Of a DNA stretch of 64,000 nt, positions 18,825 through 31,866 are shown piece after piece. A model generated the notes under the pieces. That model worked only from the letters and a program-made list of their open reading frames with translations. It made no database searches and had not been told where the DNA came from. The position numbers and the translations under genes were made by a program. The DNA lies in NCBI GenBank assembly GCA_046290465.1, contig JBKAGP010000001.1, positions 5,024,001-5,088,000 of the forward strand, given 5' to 3'. The first letter of the stretch is position 1, and each line of letters starts with the position of its first letter. Source of the stretch: Planctomycetota bacterium (GTDB lineage Bacteria > Planctomycetota > UBA1135 > UBA2386).

Positions 18825-21800
18825 TTAGCGGCGGTCGCGGTTGCCGACCTGCTGCGGTTCGGCCGCTTCCTGCGACTCCTGGGCCTGCTTCTCGTCGCTG
18901 CCCTGGATCAGGCCCGCTTCCATCGCCTCGCGGTAGCTCGGCGCGTGCGGGATCTTCTCGGCCTTGCGCTCGTGGTAGGGCACGCCGCGCCGCATCCACT
19001 CGGGCGCCGGCGCGCCCTTGAGGTGGTGGTCGAAGAACTCCTGCATGCGGCGGGTCCAGTCGCGCTGGTTCGGGCGCTTGCGCAGGCCGTGGTCCTCGCC
19101 GTTGTAGTTGGCGAGGTAGGCCTCCTTGCCGAGACGGCGCATCGCGACGAAGAACTCGATGCCCTGGTACCACGGGACCGCGCCGTCCTTGTCGTTGTGC
19201 AGGATCAGCACCGGCGTGTTGGCCTTGTCGAGGTGGAACAGCGGCGAGTTCTCCCAGTACTGCATCGGGCGCTCCCAGATGGTGCCGCCGATGCGCGACT
19301 GGGTCTTCTCGTACTGGAACTGGCGCGACATGCCCGAGCCCCAGCGGATGCCGCCGTAGGCCGAGAACATGTTGACGACCGGCGCGCCCGACTCGGCGGC
19401 CGCGAAGATGTCGGTGCGCGTGATCAGGTGCGCGGTCTGGTAGCCGCCCCACGAGTGGCCGGCGACGCCGATCGCGTCGCGGTCGACGAAGCCCTTGGCG
19501 ATCAGGCTCTGCACGCCGGAGACGACGCACTTCTCGCACGACTCACCCGGGTAGCCGTCGCGGTAGACGATGTCCGGCACGAACCACAGGTAGCCGTTGG
19601 AGACGTAGTAGGCCGCGTTGGGCGACGTGCCGATGCTCGGCGAGACGAAGCTGTGCACGCGGTTGCTGCTCTTCTCGTAGAAGTAGACCATCATCGGGTA
19701 CTTCTTGTTCGGGTCGAAGCCGTCGGGCTTCACCAGGTAGCCCTTGAGGTCGACGCCGTCGTCCGAGCGCCAGTGCACCAGCTCGGCCTTGCCCCAGCGG
19801 ACCTCGTCGCGCAGCGGGCACGCGTCGGTCAGCTTCTTGGCGTTGTCGAACGTCAGGTCCGACGTCCAGACGTCGGGGTACTGGTCGAACCGGCTGAACG
19901 TCATGAACAGGCGGTCGGCATCCTTCGGGCGCGAGACCCGGCCGATGCTCATGTCCTTCATCACGACCTTCTTCGGCTTGGCGACGCCGTCGATGGTGTC
20001 GGTGTAGTAGCCGGTCGCGTAGGTGTTGGTGTCGGTCGCGCTGAGCACCAGCTCGTTGCGCAGCCAGCGGCGCTTCTCGTTGTCGTCGCGCTCGGCGTCC
20101 GGTCGCAGGTCGACGCCGCTGTTGCGGAACGTGATGCCGCTGGCGCGGCCGAGGCCGTCGGTGACGCAGCGGAACGCGCCGGTCTGCGGGTTGATCGCCC
20201 AGATGTCGAACTCGTCGTTGATCAGCACCTCGGCGTCGTCCTTGGTCCAGCCGGTCACGCCGTGGGCGCGGTGCGGCTCGGGGCGGTCGTCCTGCTCGCG
20301 GTCGAACGCGACCGGAATGCCCGAGGTCAGGTTGCGCGTCGTGCCCTTGTGCACGTCGTAGCAGTGCCAGTCGTAGTCGCGGTGGTCGAACCACACCACG
20401 TAGTTGCCGCCGGTCGAACGGCTGGTGCTGCCGCGCAGGCCTTCGACGATCTTCTTGCGGCTGCCGTCGATCGTGTTGACGACGTAGGTGTCGCTGTAGC
20501 GACCGTCCCACGTGACCATCATCTCGTACGGCTTCGAGTCGCTCTGCAGCGCGCGCGAACCGTCGTCGGTCAGCAGCGAGATGCGCGGGTTCTCCGGCGT
20601 GCCGAGCACGACCGCGCGGTCGACGTCCAGGTGGTAGGCGGCCGTCAGGGACGCGCGGCGCGGATCGCTGCGCTTGGCCTGCATCGTCTGCAGCAGACCG
20701 TCCCGGTAGTGCCACAGGTCGAGGTTGACCTCGTCCTCGCCGAGGATCTTCGGCAGCTCTTCCGGCTTCGGCTGGCTGAGGCTGAACATCAGCACCGAGC
20801 CGTCACGCGAGAAGCTCAGGCCCGACGAGCGCAGCTCGTGCTCGGCCGGGATCCCGGCGGTGTCCTTGGTCAGGATGCGGCGCGCGGGCTTCTCGTTGAA
20901 CTGCCACAGGTAGACTTCGCGCTCGGTCTCCTTCTTGCCGAACGTGCGCAGGTCGCTGGTGAAGGCGAGCTGCTTGTCGTCGTTGTCGGTGGTCATGCCC
21001 GACACGTTGCTGTAGCCGGCGAGCACGTTGACGGTCGCGCCGGTGGCCAGCTCGCGCGCGAACAGGCCCTGCTCGACGCCTTCCTGGTCCTTCTTGGTGC
21101 CGACCGTGTACCAGAGCCACTTGCTGTCGGCGAGCGTGCCGTAGCTGCGCACGTGCTCGATGGTCTCGTCCTTGCCGGTCGCGAGGTTGCGGATCACCAG
21201 CCTGGTGCCGTCGCTGCGCTTGCCGCCGGACGACGAGCTGTCGCCGCCGTCACCGCGAGCCGCACCGCCACGGCGTCCGCCGCGACCCTGACCGCGTCCC
21301 TGACCTTGACCGCGCGGGCCGCGTCGGCCGCCGCGGGTGCGCTCGGGGCGCGCCGGCTCTTCGGCCTTCTGCTCCGGGGTCTCCTTGTTCTGCTCGCCCT
21401 TCTCTTGGGCGGCCTTCTTCGGTGCCCCCTTCTTCTGGGTGCCCTTCTCTTGGGCCGACTGCTCGCCCTCGGCCTTCTCGTTGCCCTCGGCGGGCTTGTC
21501 GTCGTCCTTCTTCTCTTCCTTCTTCGGCTCCGGCTTCTCGAAGTGGATCAGCATCAGGTCGCTGTCCGACACCAGGCGGTAGCCCTTCACGTTCTCGATC
21601 TTGGCGACCTCGCCGGTCGCGAGGTCGAGCACGTGCACGCGCTTGGTCCGCGCCTTGGCCTCCTTCTCGGCGGCCTTCTCCTGCTCGCTCTTGGCGTTCT
21701 TCTCCGACTTCTGCGCCGGCTTCTTCTCGGCCTTCTTCTCCGGCTCGGGCAGACCGAGGAAGCCGCGCACCTCGGACATCGACGCGCCGCGCTGTTCGAT

Positions 21801-22280
21801 CATGCGCCGGGCCATCGCCTCGGTCATGCCGCGCTCGGCGAGCGCTTCCTTGATGTCCGGCGGCAGCTCTTCGGACTCCTCCGCTGCGCCGCCCTTCTTC
21901 TCTTCCTTCTTCGCGTAGAGCTTCTCGAGCTTCTTGCGACGCTCCTCTTCGTACGACTTGCCGATCTTGAAGAACGCCAGCTTGCTGTCGTTGGAGAGCG
22001 ACACGCTGGTCCCGAGCGGGAACTCGTACTTCTTGTCGCCGTCGACCTGCTGCACGTAGAGCGTGCCGTCGCCGACGCGCGGGTTGATCGAGTAGGCCAT
22101 CCACTGGCCGTCGTTGCTGTAGCTGGTGCTGCGCAGCGACGTCCACTGGTCGTAGTCGTCGTGGGTGACGGCCCGCTTGGTGGCCTGGGCGAGGATCGTG
22201 TCGGTCGTGGCGAGCGGCGCGAGCAGCGCGGCCAGTGCCAGCGTCGAACGGAAGGTGCCTCTACGGAGGAACTGCGTCAT
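18825..22280 (-). CDS. Secreted S9 prolyl-oligopeptidase-family peptidase
   Basis: GHSWGGY nucleophile, HNDKDGAV, GEDHGL; N-terminal propeller; signal peptide from MTQFLRR. Confidence 0.93.
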   Translation of the reverse strand: MTQFLRRGTFRSTLALAALLAPLATTDTILAQATKRAVTHDDYDQWTSLRSTSYSNDGQWMAYSINPRVGDGTLYVQQVDGDKKYEFPLGTSVSLSNDSKLAFFKIGKSYEEERRKKLEKLYAKKEEKKGGAAEESEELPPDIKEALAERGMTEAMARRMIEQRGASMSEVRGFLGLPEPEKKAEKKPAQKSEKNAKSEQEKAAEKEAKARTKRVHVLDLATGEVAKIENVKGYRLVSDSDLMLIHFEKPEPKKEEKKDDDKPAEGNEKAEGEQSAQEKGTQKKGAPKKAAQEKGEQNKETPEQKAEEPARPERTRGGRRGPRGQGQGRGQGRGGRRGGAARGDGGDSSSSGGKRSDGTRLVIRNLATGKDETIEHVRSYGTLADSKWLWYTVGTKKDQEGVEQGLFARELATGATVNVLAGYSNVSGMTTDNDDKQLAFTSDLRTFGKKETEREVYLWQFNEKPARRILTKDTAGIPAEHELRSSGLSFSRDGSVLMFSLSQPKPEELPKILGEDEVNLDLWHYRDGLLQTMQAKRSDPRRASLTAAYHLDVDRAVVLGTPENPRISLLTDDGSRALQSDSKPYEMMVTWDGRYSDTYVVNTIDGSRKKIVEGLRGSTSRSTGGNYVVWFDHRDYDWHCYDVHKGTTRNLTSGIPVAFDREQDDRPEPHRAHGVTGWTKDDAEVLINDEFDIWAINPQTGAFRCVTDGLGRASGITFRNSGVDLRPDAERDDNEKRRWLRNELVLSATDTNTYATGYYTDTIDGVAKPKKVVMKDMSIGRVSRPKDADRLFMTFSRFDQYPDVWTSDLTFDNAKKLTDACPLRDEVRWGKAELVHWRSDDGVDLKGYLVKPDGFDPNKKYPMMVYFYEKSSNRVHSFVSPSIGTSPNAAYYVSNGYLWFVPDIVYRDGYPGESCEKCVVSGVQSLIAKGFVDRDAIGVAGHSWGGYQTAHLITRTDIFAAAESGAPVVNMFSAYGGIRWGSGMSRQFQYEKTQSRIGGTIWERPMQYWENSPLFHLDKANTPVLILHNDKDGAVPWYQGIEFFVAMRRLGKEAYLANYNGEDHGLRKRPNQRDWTRRMQEFFDHHLKGAPAPEWMRRGVPYHERKAEKIPHAPSYREAMEAGLIQGSDEKQAQESQEAAEPQQVGNRDRR

Positions 22281-22499
22281 TTCGGCTGTCGGTTTCTTGG
22301 GGGGGAGGGGGCCCCGCAAGGTACCGGCTCGCTTCCCGACCTGGATCGACAGCACGCAACCAGAAGGTAACGAGGGTGTCCTGAGGCGGTCACTCCCGGC
22401 CCGATCGCGACCCGAATGGCCGCTCGCGACCCGATGGCCGCTCGGGGCCGTCCGGTCGCTTGCGCCCGGGTGGATCGGGGCCGCGCGCCGCCAGGCATC

Positions 22500-23264
22500 T
22501 CATCGCGCCCGTTCGCGGCCGAGGTCCGCGAGCATCGCGAACACCTGGTCGAACGTGCCGTTGGCCTCGGCGTGCCGCAGCGGCGCGACGCCGTCGATGA
22601 CCACCTCCTGCCGGTCGGGGTGCTCGACCAGGATCGCCATCGTGTCGCGCACGTAGTCGTCCAGCGGCATCGCGCGTTGGTCGCTGGCGTGGGCGTCGCC
22701 GGTCAGGTGCGTGCGCACGTACGGCGGGATCAGCTCCAGCACCTGGACGCCGCGCTCGCGCAGCTGCTCGCGCAACGCGACCGTGTACGAGTGCAGCGCG
22801 GCCTTGCTGGCGTTGTAGCTCGGCGTCGCGGCCATCGGCACGAACGCCAGGCCCGACGTGACGTTGAGGATCGCGGCGTGGTCGCGCTGCACGAGGTGGG
22901 GGAGCAGCGCGGCGGTCGTCCGGATCGGTCCGAGCAGGTTGGTGGTCACGGTCCGTTCGCCGATCGCGGCGCCGTCGCGAATCGCGTCCTCGTAGTGCAT
23001 CACGCCGGCGTTGTTGATCAGCACGTTGAGCTCGGGGAAGCGTTCGGGCAGTTGCCGGCCGGCGCGGGCGATGTCGTCCGGGTCGGTCACGTCGAGCGCA
23101 AACGCGTGCATGCCCGGATTGGCGGCGACGGTCTCGTCGAGGCGCGCCTGGCTGCGGCCGCCGACGACGACGGTGTTGCCGAGGCGGTGGAAGGCCTCGC
23201 AGAGGCCGCGGCCGATGCCGCTGCCGCCGCCGGTGATGAAGATGGTGTTTCCTTGGGTCTGCAT
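22500..23264 (-). CDS. Short-chain dehydrogenase/reductase (DltE-like)
   Basis: ITGGGSGIG, LINNAG, NVTSGLAF and YNASKAA motifs. Confidence 0.93.
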   Translation of the reverse strand: MQTQGNTIFITGGGSGIGRGLCEAFHRLGNTVVVGGRSQARLDETVAANPGMHAFALDVTDPDDIARAGRQLPERFPELNVLINNAGVMHYEDAIRDGAAIGERTVTTNLLGPIRTTAALLPHLVQRDHAAILNVTSGLAFVPMAATPSYNASKAALHSYTVALREQLRERGVQVLELIPPYVRTHLTGDAHASDQRAMPLDDYVRDTMAILVEHPDRQEVVIDGVAPLRHAEANGTFDQVFAMLADLGRERAR

Positions 23265-23416
23265 GATGCGGGCGTGATGGGTCGGTTGGTCTTCGGTTGG
23301 GGCGAATCGCTTGCTCGCCACCTTGCGCACCCTTTTGGTAGATTGCCGCCCACTGGGCAACGCGCGGTCTGGCCCAACAACTTGCACGATCCGCGCAGTC
23401 GTGGCCGAAGACGATC

Positions 23417-24319
23417 ATGGACGCCGAACACCGACAGAGCCTCGCACAGATCGCAGACATCGCGCGACGGCACAGCGAACCCGGGGTCCAGGACACGCTG
23501 GTGCCGCGCCTTCGCCTGTTCCGCGCCGACGAGCCATCGGTGCCGACGCCCAACGTCTACGACCCGATGTACTGCCTCGTCGTCGCCGGCAGCAAGCGCG
23601 GCTACCTCGGCGGCGAGACGGTCGAGTACCGCACCGGGGACTCGCTGCTGGTGACCGTCGACCTGCCGGTCGTCGGGCAGATCCTCGAGGCGGCGCCCGA
23701 GCGTCCGTACCTGGCGATGTCGTTGATGCTCGACCGGCCGACGCTGGCCGCGGTCCTGCTCGAGTGCGAGGCGGCTGCGCGCGGCGGCGACGAGCGCTGT
23801 GGGTTCCGTGTCGGTCGGGCATCCCTCGACGTCGTCGACGCCGCGCTGCGGCTGGTGCGGCTGCTGGATCGTCCCGAGGACATCGCCGTGCTGGCGCCGT
23901 TGATCGAACGCGAACTGCTCTACCGGCTGCTGACCTCGCCCGCCGGCGTGGCGCTGCGCGAGATCGCCCGCGGCGACAGCCGTGTCGCGCAGGTGACGCG
24001 CGCGGTCACGTGGCTGCGCGACCACCACGCCAGCGAATACAACGCCAACGAGCTGGCGCAGCGCGCCCACATGAGCGTGTCGTCGCTCAACCGCCACTTC
24101 CGCGCGATGACCGGGATGAGCCCGCTCGAGTTCCAGAAGCACGTGCGCCTGCTCGAGGCGCGCCGGCTGCTGCTGGTCAGCGCGACCGACGTCGGCGGGG
24201 TCGGTCGCGCCGTCGGCTACGGCAGCGTGTCGCAGTTCTCGCGGGAGTACCGCAGGCTGTTCGGCGAGCCGCCGGGGCGCGACGCGCAGCAGCTGAGGCG
24301 TTCGTTGCCGGCCGACTGA
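23417..24319 (+). CDS. AraC-family regulator (YqhC-like), divergent from the SDR gene
   Basis: YDPMYCLVVAGSK N-domain; AHMSVSSLNRHFRAMTGMSPLEFQK and VGYGSVSQFSREYRRLFG HTHs. Confidence 0.93.
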   Translation: MDAEHRQSLAQIADIARRHSEPGVQDTLVPRLRLFRADEPSVPTPNVYDPMYCLVVAGSKRGYLGGETVEYRTGDSLLVTVDLPVVGQILEAAPERPYLAMSLMLDRPTLAAVLLECEAAARGGDERCGFRVGRASLDVVDAALRLVRLLDRPEDIAVLAPLIERELLYRLLTSPAGVALREIARGDSRVAQVTRAVTWLRDHHASEYNANELAQRAHMSVSSLNRHFRAMTGMSPLEFQKHVRLLEARRLLLVSATDVGGVGRAVGYGSVSQFSREYRRLFGEPPGRDAQQLRRSLPAD

Positions 24320-24549
24320 ACGTGCGGTGCGGCGGTCGGCCCGCGTCTCGGCCTGATGGCGTGTTGGCAAGGCGCGCAGGTCGCATCCTTCCCCAGCGCG
24401 CAATTGTGCAGGTCGACTTCCGCTTCGGCCGGTCGGCACCGCCATATCGGCTCGTGCCCGCGAGCTGTTCGCAGGCACCGCCGACCGCGCCGGCGAACCC
24501 GCAGCGCCAACTGGAAGACGCGGCATCGAACATGCCGCGCGGAGACCCC

Positions 24550-26451
24550 ATGACCCGTATCCACCGATCTGTTTCGAAGCGACCCGCTTCCAATCTGGCC
24601 GTTTCCAACCTGGCCTGGCGCGTCGCGCCGGCGCTCGCGCTGGCGGCGTTCGCGACCCACGCGGCAGCACAAGGCCAGCCCGTGACCTCCAACTCGACCC
24701 GCGCCGGCCTGTCGGTCCGCGAACTGGTCGAAGGCATGACGACCGCGGCCAACGGCACGCCACTGATGCGCGTCGAGGCCGCGCCGACGTCGACCTACAT
24801 GATGCTGATCCAGTGGGGGCAGCCGTTCGCGGCTGGCACGCCGTCGCTGGTCGATCTGAGTGACATGCTGCCGCCCGCGTTCGGGCCGGTCGGCGTGCAG
24901 AACGCGCAGCAGTTCCAGGGGCTGGTCGACGCCAACGGTGGCAACGTCGGCACGATCCCGGCGGCGGGCTTCCAGGAGTTGAACCTCGCCGCGCCGGTTC
25001 CGACGGGCATCACGGGATTTCTGCTCGCCGTCGAGCTGCAGGCGCTGATGTTCCTGCCGACCGGTGAGTCGCAGTGGAGCAACTCGCAGGTGCGCGCCGT
25101 GCAGGAGCCGCCGCCGCCGCTCGGCTTCACCGGGTCGGTGCCGTTGCCGCAGAGTGCGGGCATCGATTGGGACGACATCGAACAGGGCGACGTCGACGGC
25201 GACGGCGACCTCGACATCATCGCGCTGCGGCGCGGTTCGTTCCTCGACGACGTGCAGCTGTGGCTCGCCGTCGATGCTGGCTACGTCGGCCCGACCGTGC
25301 TGGCGCAGTCGCCGCCGGCGGCCGGGACCGCGACGTCCGCCGAGCTGTTCGACTACGACAACGACGGCTTCCTCGACCTCGCCGTCGCGTTCTTCGGCAA
25401 CGCCGGCAACAACTACGTGCAGCTCTGGCACAACGACGGCCTCACCGGGACGAACTGGAACGGCTTCACCGCGATCGACAACGCGCGCATCCAGATGGAC
25501 CCGCAGTTCGGCCGCGCCGATCCGGCGGACCTCGAGACTGCGGACGTCGACGGCGACGGCGATCTCGACATCTTCGTGGCGTGCGCGTTCGACCCGCTGG
25601 TCGGCCAGCAGAACCGCCTGCTGCTCAACCAGAACGGCCCGCTCGGCCCTGACCCGCAGGGGATCCCGATCTTCACGCTGTTCGCGGAAGCCACGGCGGC
25701 CAACCTGCCGGCGATCGTCGACGACACCGAGGACGCCGAGTTCTTCGACTTCGATGGCGACGGCGACATGGACCTGGTCGTGGCCGCGCTCGACGGTCCG
25801 CCGGCCAGCGCGACCAGCTTCGGCCCCGGGGTCGACTACGTGATGATCAACGACGGCACCGGCGTGTTCACGGCGCCCGGCCTCGGCGGCACGCTGCCGG
25901 CCAACCCGATCCCTGCGGTCGACGACGAGTCGGCGGACGTCGTCGTGTTCGACATGGATGGCGACGGCTTCCCGGACCTGTACTTCGGCAACTGGATTGG
26001 CACGAGCTTCGCCGGTGGCGGCATCGTCTACGGCGCTCCGCTGCCGGACCGGCTGCTGCGTCACGACGGGGTCGGCGCCTACCAGGACCTGTCGCCGCTG
26101 CTGGCCCTGCCCAACCGCAGCGCGACGGACTGTGAGGTCGCCGACTTCGATCTCGACGGCGACCTCGACGTGATCGTCGGAGCCGGCTCGCTGACCCGGA
26201 CCATGTCGCCGTTCACGACGGGGATCACGGTCATCGTCAACCCCGGTGACCTGGTGTCGCCGTGGACCCAGGTCGTCGTGCCGGGCGGCAACGGGCTCGA
26301 CGTGCGTGACCTGGAGCCGGGGGACTTCCAGCGCTTCAGCGATCCCAACAGCGGCGGCGACGTGTTCTTCAACCAGGCCCGTTGGTTCGATCTCGACGTG
26401 GGCATCGCCCCGCTCGGCGGTGCCGGCCTGTCGTCGTTGAACCGCAACTGA
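24550..26451 (+). CDS. Secreted FG-GAP/VCBS-repeat protein
   Basis: GGAGA RBS then ATG 24550; signal peptide ending AAA-Q; six D.DGDGD.D-type Ca-binding blades. Confidence 0.88.
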   Translation: MTRIHRSVSKRPASNLAVSNLAWRVAPALALAAFATHAAAQGQPVTSNSTRAGLSVRELVEGMTTAANGTPLMRVEAAPTSTYMMLIQWGQPFAAGTPSLVDLSDMLPPAFGPVGVQNAQQFQGLVDANGGNVGTIPAAGFQELNLAAPVPTGITGFLLAVELQALMFLPTGESQWSNSQVRAVQEPPPPLGFTGSVPLPQSAGIDWDDIEQGDVDGDGDLDIIALRRGSFLDDVQLWLAVDAGYVGPTVLAQSPPAAGTATSAELFDYDNDGFLDLAVAFFGNAGNNYVQLWHNDGLTGTNWNGFTAIDNARIQMDPQFGRADPADLETADVDGDGDLDIFVACAFDPLVGQQNRLLLNQNGPLGPDPQGIPIFTLFAEATAANLPAIVDDTEDAEFFDFDGDGDMDLVVAALDGPPASATSFGPGVDYVMINDGTGVFTAPGLGGTLPANPIPAVDDESADVVVFDMDGDGFPDLYFGNWIGTSFAGGGIVYGAPLPDRLLRHDGVGAYQDLSPLLALPNRSATDCEVADFDLDGDLDVIVGAGSLTRTMSPFTTGITVIVNPGDLVSPWTQVVVPGGNGLDVRDLEPGDFQRFSDPNSGGDVFFNQARWFDLDVGIAPLGGAGLSSLNRN

Positions 26452-26604
26452 GATGGGCCCCGGCAACCTGTCCCGTTGTTTCCGAACGGGATAGAGTGCA
26501 GCGCCAGCACGGCCGACCGCCCTCGGCGCCGCGATTTTTTCGTGGGAACCACTTCCGGTCGGCTGCCCGGATTCCGCCAGTTCCGGACGGTGTCCCTGCT
26601 CGCC

Positions 26605-27197
26605 ATGACCACTCCCGCATCGCAACCCCCGGATCCCGGGGCCAGCCGCCGCGAACTGGCGGCGCTCTGCCAGCGCCACTATCCGGCGGTCTACGATCGG
26701 GTGCACCGGCTGCTGGCGCGCGACATCCGGCGCGGCCGGCCGTGGCTGTCGGCGATGCTCAGCACCGGCGACCTGGTGCACGAGGTGTTCCTCGGCGTGG
26801 TGCGCGACTTCGACGGCTTCCGCGGCGACGGCGACGAGCAGTTCGTCGCCTACCTCGCGCGGCTGACGCGCAACCGATTGATCGATTCGGTGCGCTACCA
26901 CGAGGCCGAACGTCGCGATTCGCGGCGCGGCCAGGTGCTGGATCCCGAGGCGTGCCACGACGCGCCGTCGCCGGTGACCGTCAGCATGCAGCGCGAGGAG
27001 GTCGAGCGGGTGTTCGCGATCCTGGCGACGTTCCCCGAGCGCGACCGCGCGCTGCTGCGCGGGCGCATCGACGACGGCGAGACCTTCGCCGAACTGGCCA
27101 GCGCGCTCGGCTACGCCTCGGCGGACTCGGCGCGCAAGTCGTTTCGGACCCTGCAGGCCCGCCTGCTGGCGCGGCTGCAGCTCGAGGAGGGACAAGG

Positions 27198-27201
<4 letters not shown>
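26605..27201 (+). CDS. ECF sigma factor
   Basis: DLVHEVFL, YLARLTRNRLIDSVR (region 2) and TFAELASALG (region 4); GTGA overlap with the kinase. Confidence 0.88.
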
Positions 27202-29675
<2,474 letters not shown>

Positions 29676-29785
29676 ACGGCTGCTCGTCGACCGATTCCCC
29701 ATTCCCCTCCGATCACGGTCCCTGGTTCACGATCCTCGGATCACGATCACCCTGCCCCCGACTCGCCAAACGACGGATCGAACCC

Positions 29786-31378
29786 ATGAACCTCCTGCTC
29801 CCCTCCTTCGCAATCTCCGCGCTCGCCGCGTCGCTCTGTGCCCAGGGCGGAACGGCCGTCACGGTCACGACGTCGCCGCGCGGTGTCATGGCCGGGAACG
29901 AACTCGCGTTCGTCTACGACGGTCCCGATGGCGTGCATACACGCAAGAGCATCGTGCGCAAGCGCGCCGGTATCCCGGCGACCCTGACGACCTACGCCGG
30001 CACCGGCTCGACGAGCGTGCCCGAATACACCAACACGGCAATCAACACCTGGCTCAACGCGCAGCCGGGCGTGAGTGGTGCGGACGTCGAGATGGACGCC
30101 CTGTCCTCGGGCAACGGCTTCGCGCCGCTGCTGGGTTACAGCGGCACGTCGTCGCCGATCCCCAGCATCGCGACCATCAATCCAGCGGCCGCTGAGCAGA
30201 GCTGGGTCGGTATGTACGTCTCGTTCAAGGCCGGCTCGATCGTGGGCCCGTTCCAGGACGACGAGCTCTACAACTCGCACATCTACGGCCTGGGATCGCT
30301 CGGCGGCAGCGAGGTCATCGGCTACGTGCTCGACGGCTCACGCACCAACACCCAGCTGGTCGGGGACCTGTACCTCGAACACTCCAACGCGTCGGGCGAC
30401 TTCCTCAACGGCGGTTCGGTGCCGGCGTCGTCGACCATGGACATGATCGCGATGGATGCCGCGATCGCCGACGTCGTCAACACGGGCGGCACCGTGCAGC
30501 CGAGCATCGCCCAAGAGGTCAGCAAGCTGTACTTCTCGGTCAGCCCGCAGTGCGCGGCTCTGTGGACCGCGAACGCGTCGCTGCGCGCCGCGGTGAACGC
30601 TGGCCCCAGCATCGGGGCATCGACGATCTTCGTCGCGACGTTCTCGAACGGGGTCGTCGAGGACATCGAGGTGCACCTCACGCACGCCCAGGTCGCGGGG
30701 TCGAATGCGCCGGACGCCAACCTCGACGCGTTGTCGGTCGTCAACGTCAACGGGCAGAGCGCGTCACCGCTGTACTGCATCGTGTCGTTCGAAGGCAATG
30801 CGATGGGCAACCAGATCCAGGCGCTGTTTCCGTATGGCACGGCGGCGCCGCAGCGCGCGCCCATGCAGACGATCTACGGCGTCAGCCTGGACCTGATCTT
30901 TGCGGTCGCGACCGGCGACATCGACGCGATCTGCGTTCGCGATCCGGAAGGCGCGACCAACATCCCGATGGCGCATGCCGTTGCCTATGACGACGGGGTC
31001 AGCGCGACGCGCATGGGCCTCAGCGTGGCGCGGGAGCCGGCGGGCTTCACGACTCCCGGCAGCAATCCGCCGATCCCGCTCGCGTGCACGGTGTCGGGTT
31101 GGGGATCGGGTGGCTCGGGTGCGGCGACCTACGTGTTCATCGTCACCAATTCGGCGGCCTGGGTTCCGCCCGGTCCGACCCTGCCCAATGGGGGGTGGAG
31201 CGCTGCTACCTCGCCCCAGGTGTACGGTCCGTTCTGGCGCGCAGCGGGTCAGGAGGTGATCACGGCGCAGATCACGCATCCGGCGCTCGGAGGCTACATC
31301 CTCGAGCTTCAGGCCGGGTCGACGCTGACGGACATGACGCCGTTGGCTGATTCTTGGCCGGTGCTCATCGAGTTGTAG
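29786..31378 (+). CDS. Secreted hypothetical protein
   Basis: Signal peptide MNLLLPSFAISALAASLCA-Q; Gly/Ser/Thr-rich beta-type composition; repeated D.DA(L/I) motifs. Confidence 0.8.
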   Translation: MNLLLPSFAISALAASLCAQGGTAVTVTTSPRGVMAGNELAFVYDGPDGVHTRKSIVRKRAGIPATLTTYAGTGSTSVPEYTNTAINTWLNAQPGVSGADVEMDALSSGNGFAPLLGYSGTSSPIPSIATINPAAAEQSWVGMYVSFKAGSIVGPFQDDELYNSHIYGLGSLGGSEVIGYVLDGSRTNTQLVGDLYLEHSNASGDFLNGGSVPASSTMDMIAMDAAIADVVNTGGTVQPSIAQEVSKLYFSVSPQCAALWTANASLRAAVNAGPSIGASTIFVATFSNGVVEDIEVHLTHAQVAGSNAPDANLDALSVVNVNGQSASPLYCIVSFEGNAMGNQIQALFPYGTAAPQRAPMQTIYGVSLDLIFAVATGDIDAICVRDPEGATNIPMAHAVAYDDGVSATRMGLSVAREPAGFTTPGSNPPIPLACTVSGWGSGGSGAATYVFIVTNSAAWVPPGPTLPNGGWSAATSPQVYGPFWRAAGQEVITAQITHPALGGYILELQAGSTLTDMTPLADSWPVLIEL

Positions 31379-31408
31379 GGGCGGGTTTTTGCACTGGCTA
31401 CATCTGCG

Positions 31409-31687
31409 CTACGTCTTGGGCGGGTACCCAGATTGCAGGTGGATGCTCGCCACTTCAGCGAAGTTGACGCTGACGATGCTGTGGTTGAGGTGGTAGTTCT
31501 CGGTCGTTTGCGTGCCGTTCTCGATGTAGCGCGCGAAGTCGTTCACGAGCACGATCGCACCTCCGCCCGAGGGCTGATTGTAAAGGGCTGGCATCGGACC
31601 GATCGTGGCTCCGCCCTTGAATGCGATGAAGACGCTGTGCGTGGGGTCAACGGTGAGAACCTCGACTTCTTCATGAGCTTCCTTCAT
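31409..31687 (-). CDS. Hypothetical protein (92 aa)
   Basis: Natural amino-acid composition, unlike the Arg/Ala-rich shadow ORFs; no family recognised. Confidence 0.55.
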   Translation of the reverse strand: MKEAHEEVEVLTVDPTHSVFIAFKGGATIGPMPALYNQPSGGGAIVLVNDFARYIENGTQTTENYHLNHSIVSVNFAEVASIHLQSGYPPKT

Positions 31688-31806
31688 GCCGGGGATGCTA
31701 CTTGGTTCCTTCTACACTCGCACACGACGGTTCCGCGCGGTCCAGCAGTCGCGCCAGCTGGTCGCGCAGCGACCCGTTTAAGTGTGGTTGAGGAGCACCC
31801 TGTGTT

Positions 31807-31866
31807 GGTAGTGCAGCATGCGTTCAGGCGCACGCGGGCAAATTACAGAACGCATGCTGCACTACC
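31807..31866. repeat. Perfect 19-bp inverted repeat with 22-bp spacer (REP/REPIN-like, starts GGTAG)
   Basis: GGTAGTGCAGCATGCGTTC (31807-31825) and GAACGCATGCTGCACTACC (31848-31866). Confidence 0.92.

Noticed and set aside
18027..22370. 1447-aa plus-strand ORF and similar long ORFs (1787-4543 +, 15266-17767 +, 24217-27237 -, 27372-29702 -, 38043-40697 -)
   Set aside because: Antisense shadows of motif-bearing genes; high GC suppresses stop codons and the translations carry no motifs
23311..24549. N-terminal extension of the 1046-aa FG-GAP ORF
   Set aside because: It overlaps the AraC gene in another frame; RBS and signal peptide point to ATG 24550
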